A stretch of DNA of 63,408 bases, the filler included, from Octopus bimaculoides (taxonomy: Eukaryota), in NCBI RefSeq assembly GCF_001194135.2. It is 5 parts of 5 records of this genome, joined end to end, with 100 filler letters (N's around TTAATTAATTAA, not from the genome) between each part and the next. Parts side by side here need not be neighbours in the genome. Positions count along the whole stretch, not along the records: positions 1 to 27,420 come from NC_068985.1; 4 more parts are not named here. The stretch is one strand, 5' to 3'. The notes under the pieces were generated by a model that was not told where the DNA came from, searched no databases, and worked only from the letters and a program-made list of their open reading frames with translations. Of the stretch, positions 1 to 12,962 are shown piece after piece. A program made the translations under genes and the position numbers. How positions within the stretch are numbered: position 1 is the first letter of the stretch; each line of letters begins with the position of its first letter.

Positions 1-960
1 ACTTACACTCTGATGGGTATGCACATTTACATTACACATCCAGCGGAGCATACTGGCTTCATTCCTTGCGAGCTTACGCATGTCCTCAGCAGTCACAGTC
101 CATGTTTCACTGCCATGTAGCATGGCTGTTCGTACACATGCGTCATACAGTCTGCCTTTTACCCTGAGTGAGAGTCCCTTTGTCGCCAGCAGAGGTAAGA
201 GCTCTCTAAACTTGGCCCAGGCTATTCTTATTCTAGCAGTTACACTTTCAGTGCACCCTAATAATAATTCTTTCTACTATAGGCACAAGGCTAGTAATAA
301 TAATAATAATAATAATAATAATTCTTTCTACTATAGGCACAAGGCTAGTAATAATAAGGTATAATTAGCATGCCCATATCTGAAAATAACATACCTTTTA
401 AATAATTTTTAAATAACAGCATATAACTACAAATTTAATAACTTTGATGTAATATCTTGATTGTATCTAAGAAAATGCCTCTCTAACAGCGGTTTCCAGA
501 GTTTTTAAGAAATTTACAATCATCATCATTTAAATAGCTATCATCCCATGCTGGCATGGGTTAGGTGAGTCTGCTAAGCTTATATACATTACAATTACAC
601 CTTCTGTTGACAGGATCCTGACATCTGACCCTCACTACTTCACGTCTTCCCCAGACTTCTGCTACAAAGACCATTCACCGATGATATATACAGCATTTAT
701 AGGCCCATTCTTATCACATCATCATTATTTTTGTAATTGCTTTTTCCATGCAAGTATGAGTTGGACGAGACATCTTGAGGCAGTATTCTAAGGCCAGGCA
801 CCCTTCCTGATGAAAATAAAAAGGTACTTCATTCCATTGGTCTCTTACAATGAACAGCTAAGTTGTGAAGCATTATTTATGCTGCAGAAAAACAAATGTA
901 AACAGTGTTAATGCAAAGACAGGCAGACACACACAGTTGTACATATACTGACACATATAT

Positions 961-1465
961 GCTTGTGAAGACCTGTTGAGGCAAGTGAAATCGAAATCGA
1001 ATTAAATTCGATGACTGGCACCCATGCCAACGTCGTCTCCTTCATTGGAAATGAAACTCGGCTTGCGAAGACCTATTGGGGCAAGTGAAAGCGAAACCGT
1101 CAATGGCACCTGTGCCCAGCATCGCCTTCCTGGCACTTGTGCCAGATGACATGTGTAAAGACATTGGAGCGAGATCGTTGCCAGTGCCGCCGAACTGGCT
1201 CCTGTGCAGGTGGCACGTAAAATACACCATTTTGAGCGTGGCCGTTGCCAGTACCGCCTGACTGGCCTTCGTGCCGGTGGCACGTAAAAGCACCTACTAC
1301 ACTCTTGGAGTGGTTGGCGTTAGGAAGGGCATCCAGCTGTAGAAACTCTGCCAAATCAGATTGGAGCCTGGTGTAGCCATCTGGTTTCACCAGTCCTCAG
1401 TCAAATTGTCCAACCCATGCTAGCATGGAAAGCGGACGTTAAACGACGACGATGATGATGATGAT
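961..1465 (+). mobile_element. 5'-truncated RTE LINE 3' end with (GAT)n tail
   Basis: Starts gcttgtgaagacc, matching the end of the RTE ORF region near 19550; ends ...ccaacccatgctagcatggaaagcggacgttaaacgacgacgatgatg. Confidence 0.8.
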
Positions 1466-1908
1466 ATATGCATATGCATATACTTACAAGCACATGCACA
1501 AATATATACATACAAGTATATAATGAACTTTAGTACTGTTTCCATCTACAGGATTTCACTCAAATGTGAAGCTGAGCCAATAGAAGACCCTTGCCTAAAA
1601 CAAATACAGACATAAATTCTATTGATTCCATTCCATCACAAAGTGGATTCAAAGTATGCACAGGAATGGTACAAAGATTGCAAGATGTGAAAAATTTGCA
1701 GACCAAATGCAAACATTTGAGTTGTAACAAATAAGCATAAACATTAAAATTAATTAACTCTTTGTGTAAGGAAGGCAGGGACATTAATTTGCTATAACTT
1801 TGATAATCATTTCTTTAATATAAATTAAATGTATAAAATTCTTAAAATAGGATCTGATTACAAACTACCAACATTCAATCTCATGTTGGGTCTCTCTCTC
1901 TCTCTCCA

Positions 1909-1946
<38 letters not shown>

Positions 1947-2505
1947 CATACATACACACACACGCACACATATATATGTTGTCAAGTCACTGTGTCTAAT
2001 CGAAAGATTAGAATTTCTTCCCTTTCAGGATGAAGTTATTGGAATATTTTCCCATTATGCACCGTTTTGGGTATTTATACCCCAAACCTCAAATATCTCA
2101 ATAACTACTGGTGTAACTTATGCGAAACTTGTTTTATTCCATTCGTATTAACATTTCAGGGGCAACTTAATTCATAGTTTCATTCAAAATACAAAAGTAA
2201 AAGAATTATTCTTGAGAAATTCACAGTATTCTCAAACAATTTAAAAAGGATCTATTTTTTCACTAAGTAGTATGCCTTTCATATTTCAATCAATGATGTC
2301 CTCATTTACAAGTTAAACATTTAAAGGAGAGAACCAGTAAGATAAATAAAATTTCTGATCATTTATCTCTCATCTGGCATGACATTGGAAGCTAAAACTG
2401 GAAAACAGTTTTGGATAAATTTCAGCACATTGCAAGGGCAGCAAAAAAAGCAAAGGAAAAAAAATGAAAGAAAGAAAGAAAAAAGTATGAAACATGCATA
2501 AGGCA

Positions 2506-2511
2506 TTTATT
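2506..2511 (-). promoter_or_regulatory. Candidate polyadenylation signal (AATAAA) for the GDPD transcript
   Basis: tttatt on + about 450 nt downstream of the stop. The hexamer is common in AT-rich DNA, so this is weak evidence. Confidence 0.25.
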
Positions 2512-2962
2512 GAGTGGTGAACTTATACCATCACCTGGTTTAACACCCCCACCTGGTCCTTGGGTGCTTTTAACAGAATCAGTTCTGTTGCGAGCTTTGA
2601 AACCAGGTCTCTAATCTGAGGATAATATCCTCACTTCCTCCCATCAATCTTAGAGGCCCTGAGAAAGGCCATGGGCACTGCTCTTTGTCCTTTGACTAAG
2701 CCATTAAAAAAAAGGAGATATCTTACATATTTACAGAATAAAACACATTAACATAGAGCCAAAGATTGATTTCTGAGATATTAAAAAAAATAAATAAAAG
2801 TGCCAAAATCCCATCACAAAGAGTCGTTTATAAAATATATATATATTTTCTTTTTTTTTTTATAATTTCCATATTTTTCTGGAATGAAGTATAACAAATG
2901 GAATTTGGTTTGGAATTCTATGAATCTTTTGAATTGTCTCAATGTTTTCAGTAAACTTGTAT

Positions 2963-3215
2963 CTACTGGGGAACACTGATGACAATAGTATTGGCAGCTG
3001 TATTCATGTAATGAGGGGTTGGAGAATCAATATGGTCATTAGAAACACCTTCTGTTGTTTCCAGAACGTCTTCTTCGAGTTGGTCGGCAGTAAATAATAG
3101 TTTTTCTTTCATAGTTCTTGAATTAGAATGATACTGGTCTGTAAGGGTAGTCATTGACTGTTGAGAATGTAATGAAATTGTCTCTGGAGTGAAGTGTGCT
3201 CTCAATAACCGGACC
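2963..3215 (-). CDS. GDPD5: GDPD terminal coding exon: VRLLRAHFTPETISL...MKEKLLF...ISVPQ*
   Basis: Acceptor tctttgcag; the first G completes the TGG codon begun in exon J; 83 codons then TAG. Confidence 0.88.
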
Positions 3216-3503
3216 CTGCAAAGATTGAAGTTTTCAAGTAAGTGACCATTTGATAAACATTGCAATAATTTTCCATTACATGTGAAACTTTACATGCAAA
3301 GAAAGAAACCAGGCAACACAAACTTTACAGATACAGTCTGTAAGTGAAACAGTAAAAATATACAAGACTTCCTTAAAGTTCAATATGTAACAATTACCAT
3401 TGTTGTTATCCAAACTCTAACCAGGGAGCTTTTGTTTTTTGCTAGAAACCAGCTCCTTCATTCTAGAAAGAATACTAATGAATAAAAAAGAAAACCAACA
3501 TAA

Positions 3504-3690
3504 ATCATCATCATCATCGTTTAATGTTCGTTTTCCATGCTGGCATGGGTTGGACGGTTTGACTGAGGTCTGGAGAGCCAGTGGCTGCACCAGGCTCCAA
3601 TCTGATCTGGCAATGTTTCTACAGCTGGATGCCCTTCCTAATGCCAACCACGCCAAAAGTGTAGTGGGTGCTTTTTACGTGTCAATCAGG
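3504..3690 (-). mobile_element. RTE 3'-tail repeat
   Basis: Reverse complement of the 3' part of the 961-1465 element (catcatcgtttaatgttcgttttccatgctggcatgggttggac). Confidence 0.8.
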
Positions 3691-4579
3691 GAGTGCTGAA
3701 ACGGTCCAAGCTTTGGGTAAAAGAAAATACAAGAGGATAAGTTAATTATGATCTTATTTAACATATTCCTCTCTCATACACTTATTTTTTTTTTCTTAGA
3801 GATTCATACACTTATTGCAGGGTTCTTCCAGTTTTTCTAAGCCCTGTAAAAGGAATTGGAAATTTGGGCCTCCAGCCAGGCCTTTTGTGATACCCTTAAA
3901 GCCAGGAACTTTTTAGCATTGCCTTGTATATAAATACACACACACATCTTGATAATACTAGGGATGTCTGTGTGTAACTGAAATATCTCAGAAATAGTAT
4001 ATTTTTATCTTATTTTTTTTTTACATATTTATTTACATACTTATTTTCATACTTACCTTCGGCAGTGCAGTACAAATTTTTGTGACATTTGGACCTCTAT
4101 TTAAATGATTAAACACAATTTTTGTTATTTCTTGAAAAAAATACATGGCTTCTGTGATGTCAGCACACATACACACATATAATGAATGTCACGGTGTGTC
4201 AGTCAACACAAACATATGTCCACTATCTGTGACATATACACACACATAGTCTTCACACTCTCTAAGAAAAAACAAACGTTGACTTTTTGACATGCACAAT
4301 ATTTTCATCATTTAGAAATAATTTTAACTGAATGTGATTTCATCATCCGGAGTTTGTTAATTTCCGTAAAAACCTTTTATTTATTTACTTTTGTTTTGAA
4401 ATAAAAGACAGGAGAAAGTGAAAGATGTATGTGCGTGTATATGAAATGGAGGTGTGTGTGTGAAAAAGAGAGAGAGAGAGAGGAAGAAAGAGAGAGCGAG
4501 AGAAAAGGGGTGTGTTGTCATGTGTATGTACGTACATCAATACATATGCATACATCTTTTTTGTATGTACATGTACATA

Positions 4580-4612
<33 letters not shown>

Positions 4613-5327
4613 CAGAGAGACTGAGTAAGTGAACGTGTGTGTTCTCATGTATGTGTGACACTCTCTTTCTCACACACACACACGTCAATTTCAAATACAC
4701 ATTCACACATCTTTCACTTCCTCCTCTCTTTCACTTTAAAACAAAAGTAACAGGTGATTTTCAGGATAAAAATTGTTAAAAAAGCTTCTACCCGTGTAAA
4801 TTAATTACTATTACTTGGATAGTTCCAATTAAATAAGGCCAGAAGTTAGGTTAAATATATGTACATGCATAAGTACCATGACTTCCCATTCTACAAAATG
4901 GCAAACAATTCCATGAATACTCTATCAGGCAATGCTGAGTAGTAAGTCTAGTTAGTNNNNNNNNNNNNNNNNNNNNNNNNNNNNNNNNNNNNNNNNNNNN
5001 NNNNNNNNNNNNNNNNNNNNNNNNNNNNNNNNNNNNNNNNNNNNNNNNNNNNNNNNNNNNNNNNNNNNNNNNNNNNNNNNNNNNNNNNNNNNNNNNNNNN
5101 NNNNNNNNNNNNNNNNNNNNNNNNNNNNNNNNNNNNNNNNNNNNNNNNNNNNNNNNNNNNNNNNNNNNNNNNNNNACACGCACACACACACACACACACA
5201 CATTCATACATACATACCTCCAGCTGTAGAAATCTAGCTAAATTAGACTGGGAACTGGTGCAGCTCTGCAGCTTGCCAGTTCTGGTCAAACCATCCAACT
5301 CATGCCAGCAAGGAAAACAGACGTTAA

Positions 5328-5372
<45 letters not shown>

Positions 5373-5650
5373 GTACACACACGTATATGCACACACACAT
5401 ACATGCATATATATACACACACATACATATGTATATACACACACATACATATGTATATACACACATATACATACAAGTTGAATTATACAAAACAAGACAG
5501 GCTTGATAATGAGAGATGAATATAAAATTTACCAGTGAAACTAAATACATGATAAATGGGTCCAAATTAAGGTATTTGGATAATCAGGAACATTGATATT
5601 TCAAAGACACTTCAACTGGTCTCACCAAAATATTTAATACACTGACTTAC

Positions 5651-5733
5651 CATTGTACTATAAGTATGGTGATGATGATGATAGCAGATATTATATCAAC
5701 TGAAACCCATGTCATAAGATATGTTTCTGGAGT
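5651..5733 (-). CDS. GDPD5: GDPD exon J: TPETYLMTWVSVDIISAIIIITILIVQW
   Basis: Acceptor atcttccag, donor gtaagt, 83 nt. Post-domain TM helix (PxxYxxxWxxxD). Confidence 0.93.
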
Positions 5734-5859
5734 CTGGAAGATAACATAAAAGAAAATTGAATATTTGGACTGCTACTATTATTAGTATTACTTAGGCAAT
5801 GAGCAAGCAAATATGTTAGCATGTCAAACAAAATGTCTAGCAGCATCTCTTCTAGCTCT

Positions 5860-6056
5860 CTATGTTTAGCACGTTGGACAAAATACTTAGCGACATTTCG
5901 TCTGCCTTTATGTTCTGAGTGCAAATTCTGCTGAGATCAACGTTGCCTTTCACCCTTTTGGAGTTGATAAAATAAGTAGCAATTGAGCAGTGGAGTTTGA
6001 TATAATCAACTTACCCTTTTCCCTGAACGTGCTGGCCTTGTGCCAAAATTGGAAAC

Positions 6057-6059
<3 letters not shown>
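5860..6059 (+). mobile_element. tRNA-type SINE, family A
   Basis: Core ...gagatcaacgttgcctttcacccttttggagttgataaaataagt..., tail gccttgtgccaaaattggaaacc followed by (ATT)n. Confidence 0.8.
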
Positions 6060-6128
<69 letters not shown>

Positions 6129-6160
6129 CATTTTTATTATTATTTATAATTATTATTATA
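6057..6160. repeat. (ATT)n microsatellite
   Basis: Read directly from the sequence. Confidence 0.95.
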
Positions 6161-6161
6161 A

Positions 6162-6366
6162 GGCAGTGAGCTGGCAGAATCGTTAGCACGCCAGGCAAAA
6201 TTCTTACCCGTATTTCATCTGCTACTACATTTTGAGTTCAAATTCTGCTGAGGTCGACTTTTCCTTCCATCCTTTTGGGGTCGATTAAATAAGTACCAGT
6301 TATGTACTGGTGTTGATGTAATCAACTTCCCCCAAATTTGAGGCCTTGTGTTTCCAGTAGAAGGGA
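6162..6366 (+). mobile_element. tRNA-type SINE, family A
   Basis: Head aaggcagtgagctggcagaatcgttagc, gagttcaaattc B-box-like motif, core gaggtcgacttttccttccatccttttggggtcgat, (ATT)n tail. Confidence 0.85.
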
Positions 6367-6382
6367 TTATTATTATTATTAT

Positions 6383-8190
6383 TCAGTAGTTTTATTTTTA
6401 CAACTTGCTTTCGCTACACTACTGGGCGCAGCTCTGTGTGCCTTGGGTATGTGCTGTGGTTTGCTGTGATACTCTTATGGTTACTGTATTGAAAATGTTT
6501 TACATAGGATGTGTGCAGTGCCTAGTAATGCTATTTTCTGTATGTCATATATATTTGTTAGTCCTGGTGTTTTTGTTATGTATTTGTCTGAATATTTTTT
6601 TTATCATACCTAATGTGCCCACTATGATAGGAATTGTTTCTGTTTTTAGNNNNNNNNNNATATTTTTTTTATCATACCTAATGTGCCCACTATGATAGGA
6701 ATTGTTTCTGTTTTTAGACTCCACATTCGAGTTACCTCTATTTCCAGGTCTTTATATTTTGAATGTTTCTCCATTTCCTTTAGAGAAACGTTGTCATCTG
6801 TTGGTATTGATACATCAATTAGAAAGCATTTTTTTCCTTCATGATCTCTGATAACTATATCTAGCTATTTGGCCTTAATTTCTCTACCTGCGTGTATTGG
6901 CATATCCCATAGTATAGTTGCTTTCTCGTTTTCTGTGACCTTTTCTGGCGTGTGCTTATACCATCTTTTTTCTGTTGTTATTCCATAATGTTAGCATAGC
7001 TTCCAGTGTATGTAGGTCCCAACTCTGTCGTGTCTGCGAATATATTCCTTCTTAGCCAGGACTGGGCAGCTAGAGACAATACGATTTATTGTTTCTTGTC
7101 CATCTCCACATATTCTGCAGTTACTTGTTATGTTTCTTTTCATTATATGTTTTTGGTAATTTCTGGTGGGGAGGCTTTAGACTTGTGCTGCAATTAAAAA
7201 TCCTTCAGTCTCTGCTTTGTGTCCTGAGCCTCTTGGCCATTGCTGGGATTTTGCTTTGTTTATTTCTTTTGCATTTAGTTTAATCCAGTATTTGCCATGA
7301 AGGGGCTTTTCTTGCCATCGTTTTATCATGGTCCATTGCTGTTCTAGTTTTAGTTTGGATTTCATTTGTTTTACAGTTTTTGTTGTTTCTTCTTCTTCTT
7401 CATAGTTGTTAGGTAGTATAACTTCTTGTTTGTATTTGTCAGCTTCCTTAAAGACTGAAAACAGTTTTTGTTTTGTTCGTTTTTTGTGGCTATTTGTATT
7501 GGTTTTCCTTGCTTCTGAAGTAGGTATTTTTGAAGTCCTATGGTGGTTTATTTTGTAATAGTTTTCTAGCTGTATAAGGCCTCTACCACCTTCTATACGT
7601 AGTATATAGAACCTTTCAATGTCAGATTTGGGGTGGTGCATCTTTAATCCTGTCATTATTTTTCTTGTTTTCCTGTCTATTTTGGTTAGTTCATTTGGTG
7701 TCCAGTTAAGGATATTGTAGCTGTAACTTATAACTNNNNNNNNNNTCCAGTTAAGGATATTGTAGCTGTAACTTATAACTGGGATGGCTAGAGTGTTGAT
7801 ACCTATTATCTTGTTTTTCACATTGAGCTCTGTTTTTAGTATTAAATGTAACTCGTCTATAGTATTATTTTTATATTTTCTCTTTCATTTGTGTGTGATG
7901 TAGCGTATCTAGTTCATTGATTCCTAAATATTCGTATGTTTGGCTTTGGTCTAATTCTCTTATTTCATTTGTTTTATCTAGTGTGATGTTGCTACTCTTA
8001 ACTAGTTTTCCTCTTTTCAAGGTTACTTTGGCACATTTTTCTAAGCCAAATTTCATATTTATTTCTTTGCTAAATCCATGTACTGTTTGTAGAAGTGTTT
8101 CCAGCTGTTTATCATTTGTAGCGTATAGTTTTAGGTCATCCATATGTAAGAGGTGGCTGATTGTTTTGACATAACATTTGTATCTGCATC
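6383..8190 (-). mobile_element. R4/Dong-clade non-LTR retrotransposon, 5'-truncated and degenerate (RT, thumb, CCHC region, restriction-like endonuclease)
   Basis: ISHLLHMDDLKLY, KFGLEKCA, YLG, HPKSDIERFY..EGGRGL, WQEKPLHG, ETEGFLIAAQ; C-terminal DIVIRD..CFLIDVSIPTDDNVSLKEMEKHSKYKDLEIE; (TAA)n at the 3' end. Confidence 0.85.
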
Positions 8191-8264
8191 ATTTATTGCT
8201 ATTACTATTCATTATTACTATTATCATTATTATTATTATCATTATTATTATTATTATTATTATT

Positions 8265-8775
8265 GAGTGAGAGAGAGCAGTGCATGCCATCAAAGTGACA
8301 CTGAGGTAAAATATACGAAGCCCATTATACCCATCATGACTACCCGTTTGATAAGGGTGCACCAGGCACATGCATCACAACCATATGTGTGCGACATGGT
8401 GATCTCATATCAAGATAATCAGCACATGACCTCGCAGGTGGGGCCCAGTTAGAATTTTCTTCAGGTNNNNNNNNNNNNNNNNNNNNNNNNNNNNNNNNNN
8501 NNNNNNNNNNNNNNNNNNNNNNNNNNNNNNNNNNNNNNNNNNNNNNNNNNNNNNNNNNNNNNNNNNNATGATCAGAGATGCACATATTGTCAGCCACTAA
8601 GGGACATGCTCAACTGGTTAAGGTCAAACAACTGACAAGCAAATCTGTGGTATTCAGCAGAATATTTGCTGTAGCCCATCTTTTATACCAAGACAAAAAA
8701 AATGTACATGATAACACTTCCAATCAATTAAGATCAGAAGCCATGAGAGCCACTGTCTGGTACTGCATCTGGGCA
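8265..8775. repeat. Unclassified interspersed repeat flanked by (ATT)n
   Basis: 8570-8690 recurs in reverse complement near 59960-60095. Confidence 0.6.
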
Positions 8776-8824
8776 TTTATTATTATTATTTATGATTATT
8801 ATTATTATTATTATGATTATTATG

Positions 8825-8856
<32 letters not shown>

Positions 8857-8879
8857 CATCATCATCATCATCATCATCA

Positions 8880-8910
<31 letters not shown>

Positions 8911-9122
8911 CAGTTGTTGGTGACAGCAGCAGTAGCAGCATGATCATCAACATCATCATCACCAAAGATACTTATTTTTCTTCATTGAAAGAAATTAAAT
9001 TACCGAAAATTTTAATGCATATTAGAGTGAGAAGCAAATTCCTAAGAGATTTCAAACTAAATGCAAAACATAAAATTAGACACAAAATTTCAGAAGCTTC
9101 AAAAGAATTGGTTTAAACTTAC

Positions 9123-9270
9123 CAAATGCCATAATGGTTTTTCAATTTTATTGAGGATGTGACATCTATCTGTGGCTACAGTTTGCACACCCAGACACCA
9201 ATACAGGGAAAACAGCCAGTATGTATTAACCAAGTAGACATTAATAGTGACGTTGGATTCAATATATTCT
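9123..9270 (-). CDS. GDPD5: GDPD exon I: EYIESNVTINVYLVNTYWLFSLYWCLGVQTVATDRCHILNKIEKPLWHL
   Basis: Acceptor ttgttttcag, donor gtaagt, 148 nt. Matches NxxxNxYxVNxxWLFSLxWCxGVxxVxxD...PLW. Confidence 0.95.
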
Positions 9271-9413
9271 CTGAAAACAATAAAAATGAAAGTGAATAGT
9301 CACCAGTTAGAGAAGTCTAAATATGATTTAACTCTATAAATTTATACCATAGTGGGTCCTACAATCAACATTAACTGGCTAACAAAGGTAAATAGCCAAA
9401 CTTAACTCTTCCA

Positions 9414-9560
9414 GGTGCAGGCATGGTAAGAAGTTTGCTTCCCAGCCACATGGTTCCAGGTTCAGTCCCACTTGGACAAGTATCTTCTACTGTAGCCTTG
9501 GACTGACCGAAGCTTTGTGAGTGGATTTACTAGACAGAATCTGAAAGACGCTAGTCATAT
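9414..9560 (+). mobile_element. tRNA-type SINE, family C
   Basis: gtttgcttcccagccacatggttccaggttcagtcccac...agctttgtgagtggattt...ctgaaag then (TG)n; same family as 13638-13800. Confidence 0.75.
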
Positions 9561-10439
9561 ATATAAGTGTGTGTGTGTGTGTGTGTGTGTGNNNNNNNNN
9601 NNNNNNNNNNNNNNNNNNNNNNNNNNNNNNNNNNNNNNNNNNNNNNNNNNNNNNNNNNNNNNNNNNNNNNNNNNNNNNNNNNNNNNNNNNNNNNNNNNNN
9701 NNNNNNNNNNNNNNNNNNNNNNNNNNNNNNNNNNNNNNNNNNNNNNNNNNNNNNNNNNNNNNNNNNNNNNNNNNNNNNNNNNNNNNNNNNNNNNNNNNNN
9801 NNNNNNNNNNNNNNNNNNNNNNNNNNNNNNNNNNNNNNNNNNNNNNNNNNNNNNNNNNNNNNNNNNNNNNNNNNNNNNNNNNNNNNNNNNNNNNNNNNNN
9901 NNNNNNNNNNNNNNNNNNNNNNNNNNNNNNNNNNNNNNNNNNNNNNNNNNNNNNNNNNNNNNNNNNNNNNNNNNNNNNNNNNNNNNNNNNNNNNNNNNNN
10001 NNNNNNNNNNNNNNNNNNNNNNNNNNNNNNNNNNNNNNNNNNNNNNNNNNNNNNNNNNNNNNNNNNNNNNNNNNNNNNNNNNNNNNNNNNNNNNNNNNNN
10101 NNNNNNNNNNNNNNNNNNNNNNNNNNNNNNNNNNNNNNNNNNNNNNNNNNNNNNNNNNNNNNNNNNNNNNNNNNNNNNNNNNNNNNNNNNNNNNNNNNNN
10201 NNNNNNNNNNNNNNNNNNNNNNNNNNNNNNNNNNNNNNNNNNNNNNNNNNNNNNNNNNNNNNNNNNNNNNNNNNNNNNNNNNNNNNNNNNNNNNNNNNNN
10301 NNNNNNNNNNNNNNNNNNNNNNNNNNNNNNNNNNNNNNNNNNNNNNNNNNNNNNNNNNNNNNNNNNNNNNNNNNNNNNNNNNAAGCTATGTAAAATCTCA
10401 GCCGTCCTTACATATAGGGATGTCCTTTATGGCCATACC

Positions 10440-10714
10440 CACTCTCCCTCTCTCAGCCAAAAAGTCTTTGACTTGAGGTGCCAGTATCATGTAAAATGCA
10501 CTCATGCTGGTGCCACATAAAATGCGCTCATGCTTGTTCCATGTAGGAAGCACTCAGCACACTCTGTAAAGTGGTTGGTGTTAGGAAGGGCATCCAGCCA
10601 TAGAAACCATGCCAAAACAGACAACTGGAGCCTGGACAACTCTCTGGCTGGTCAGCTCCTGTCAAGCCATCCAACCCATACCAGTATGGAAAACTGATGT
10701 TAAACGATGATGAT
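10440..10714 (+). mobile_element. RTE 3'-tail repeat
   Basis: gtggttggtgttaggaagggcatccagcc...ccatccaacccatacc...gttaaacgatgatgat. Confidence 0.75.
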
Positions 10715-10740
10715 AATTACTATAAACTACTGACTACCAG

Positions 10741-10811
10741 TAACATATCAAGCTATCAATAACATGTCAAGCTATCAATAACATGTCAAGCTATCAATAA
10801 CATGTCAAGCT
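10741..10811. repeat. 19-bp tandem repeat (taacatgtcaagctatcaa), about 3.7 units
   Basis: Read directly from the sequence. Confidence 0.9.
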
Positions 10812-11112
10812 TGTTAACTTGGTCAGCTGTGATTCTCAACAGTGTAAATAACAGGTAAATACCAGAATCAAATTGGTAAAGAATTCAAAGTATATACAAT
10901 GTAGACATTAACTGCATCAGCATTTTTAATGTTTGTTTGAATGTTCAGGGTAAATTAACTTAAATTGTAAATTCAAAGAGTATGAACAAGAAAATGAAAT
11001 TTGAGAAGGAAAAAAAAAGAAAAAAACAAGAATAACTGAGTAATAAATATGTATAGAGAAAAAGAATAAAGATAAATTGACAATGCTATGAAATAATAAC
11101 ATTAAAACTTAC

Positions 11113-11261
11113 AGGATTTCATCTTCACTAAGTGTATCGTATCTAGCATTGAAATTAAAGACATCCATTTTTACGAGATATTTAGCTGGTACATAAAATC
11201 TCCAGGTTTGTGTAAATCTCCTGGTATAGTCTAAATCTGAGAATCCGGTAAACCACCAAAT
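11113..11261 (-). CDS. GDPD5: GDPD exon H: IWWFTGFSDLDYTRRFTQTWRFYVPAKYLVKMDVFNFNARYDTLSEDEIL
   Basis: Acceptor ctttttatag, donor gtaagt, 149 nt. Its phases bridge exons G and I, and NxRY sits at the expected position. Sequence similarity is weaker than for the neighbouring exons. Confidence 0.85.
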
Positions 11262-11319
11262 CTATAAAAAGTGGAACAGAGGACAAAAGATTGTTCATAA
11301 AATTAATTGGAATTATATT

Positions 11320-11530
11320 AGTTTCAAATTTTGGCACAAGGCCAGCAATTTCAGGGGAAGTGGGTAAGTCGATTACATAGACCTCAGCACTCAAGTGGTA
11401 CTTATTTTATCAATCTCGAAAGGATGAAAGGCAAAGTCGACCTCGGCAGAATTTGAACGTAAAGACGGACAAAATGGTGCTAAGCATTTTGCCCGGCATG
11501 CAAACGATTCTGCCAACTTACCACCTTAAA
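11320..11530 (-). mobile_element. tRNA-type SINE, family A
   Basis: Reverse complement of the family A consensus, just upstream of GDPD exon H. Confidence 0.85.
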
Positions 11531-12740
11531 TTGGGATTATATTAACTACATATTGAACAAACCAATTATACACACTTTATAAAATATTTTTTATTTATTT
11601 TTTTGTATGTAGTAGTTGTGTTTAAAAGAACTGAGTAGAATAGAAGCCTGGAAAACAAAGAAATTAGGAAACACAAGATGCAAATCTTGCCTCAAGGAAA
11701 GATACTTAGTCAAAGAGAAAGGATTTGAGAGAATAATAGAAGAGTTGAAACAGCATATCATAGCACGAGCAGTTGTGTTTAAAAAGTGTTAGAAGAAAGG
11801 TTTGGTTTGAGGTTTCCAAATGTGTCAAAGCTAATATTTAAAAATTACTGCCAACCAAACAACATTAAACATTATGAATACAACACTAGACAACAGACAA
11901 TACCAACTCTCTACTACAAACTATTATATTAGCAAAATCCCAAGCTAGGGAGAATATATTACTAACAGTAGCTGCTAAAAATTTTACATGAAGATAAATA
12001 ATTTGAAGATTATGCCATAAAAGGAAGCACTCTAGATTCATGTTATAAGTTTTAGCAATATTAACTACTGTATTTTCCAGCCTGAAAGCACATAGACTAC
12101 TGGTTAGGGTGTTACATTAATGATTGTGAGATTGAGGTTTCAATTCTTAGACCATGTGGTGCATTTGTTGTCTTGAGCAAAATACTTTATCTCATGTTGT
12201 TCTGTGATCACTTCAACACCTGACAAGAGATACATAATGTTCAGGCAACGTTGATTTAATGGAGGGAGTGAGCTAATATACAAAACATATATTAGATCAG
12301 TATACACAATTCATTTGTGCAGGCTGTTTGGCAAAATAGCTGAACACACATACATCATTTTTTCCAGTACAAAAGTTAATGTTGTATATCGTGTAAACAA
12401 ATAGTGTAAATATTTCATTCCAAATCCTGCTGCATTTCAAGTAGAACTTTTGGTCCTCAAAAGTTGTCCAGTATAAGTTGACTATCTTTTTTGGCTGTAA
12501 CTTTTGGTCTGAAAAATTCAACTTGTATACTAGAAAATACAGTATGTTAATATTGCTAGAACTTTCAGGTTTATGTGCAAACTTTTATCCAGGATATCGA
12601 TAATGTTCATAAAGCATTCCATACAAAGAAGGAAACTGTGTCATCAATCACCATATAAATAACAGAAACTAATTGACATGTCAAAATAGCATATTTCATA
12701 CAGATGCAAGTAATAAGAAAACTAATATGAATAAATTTAC

Positions 12741-12962
12741 CTGTTTAAGAGGAATTCCAGTTTCCTCAATCACATCTATAACTCTGTCCTCAACTGCAGT
12801 GTAATAACGATTTGTCCTGACTGGGTATCGTATATCGATTAAAATTCTTTTTCCTGTCAAGTGTACTAAGTCAATCAATTCTTTCAAAGACATAATGGTT
12901 TGGTTATTGTAGATTTGCTTTGCTTTGTCAGTAAGAGATCCAACAACATCCATTGGATCTTC
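12741..12962 (-). CDS. GDPD5: GDPD exon G: EDPMDVVGSLTDKAKQIYNNQTIMSLKELIDL...IEETGIPLKQ
   Basis: Acceptor gcatattag, donor gtaaat, 222 nt, phase 0-0. DP..., NQTIxSLxEL and GxP motifs. Confidence 0.92.

Noticed and set aside
6592-6717. Direct duplication either side of a 10-N gap (also 7701-7780)
   Set aside because: Unmerged contig overlap, not a biological duplication.
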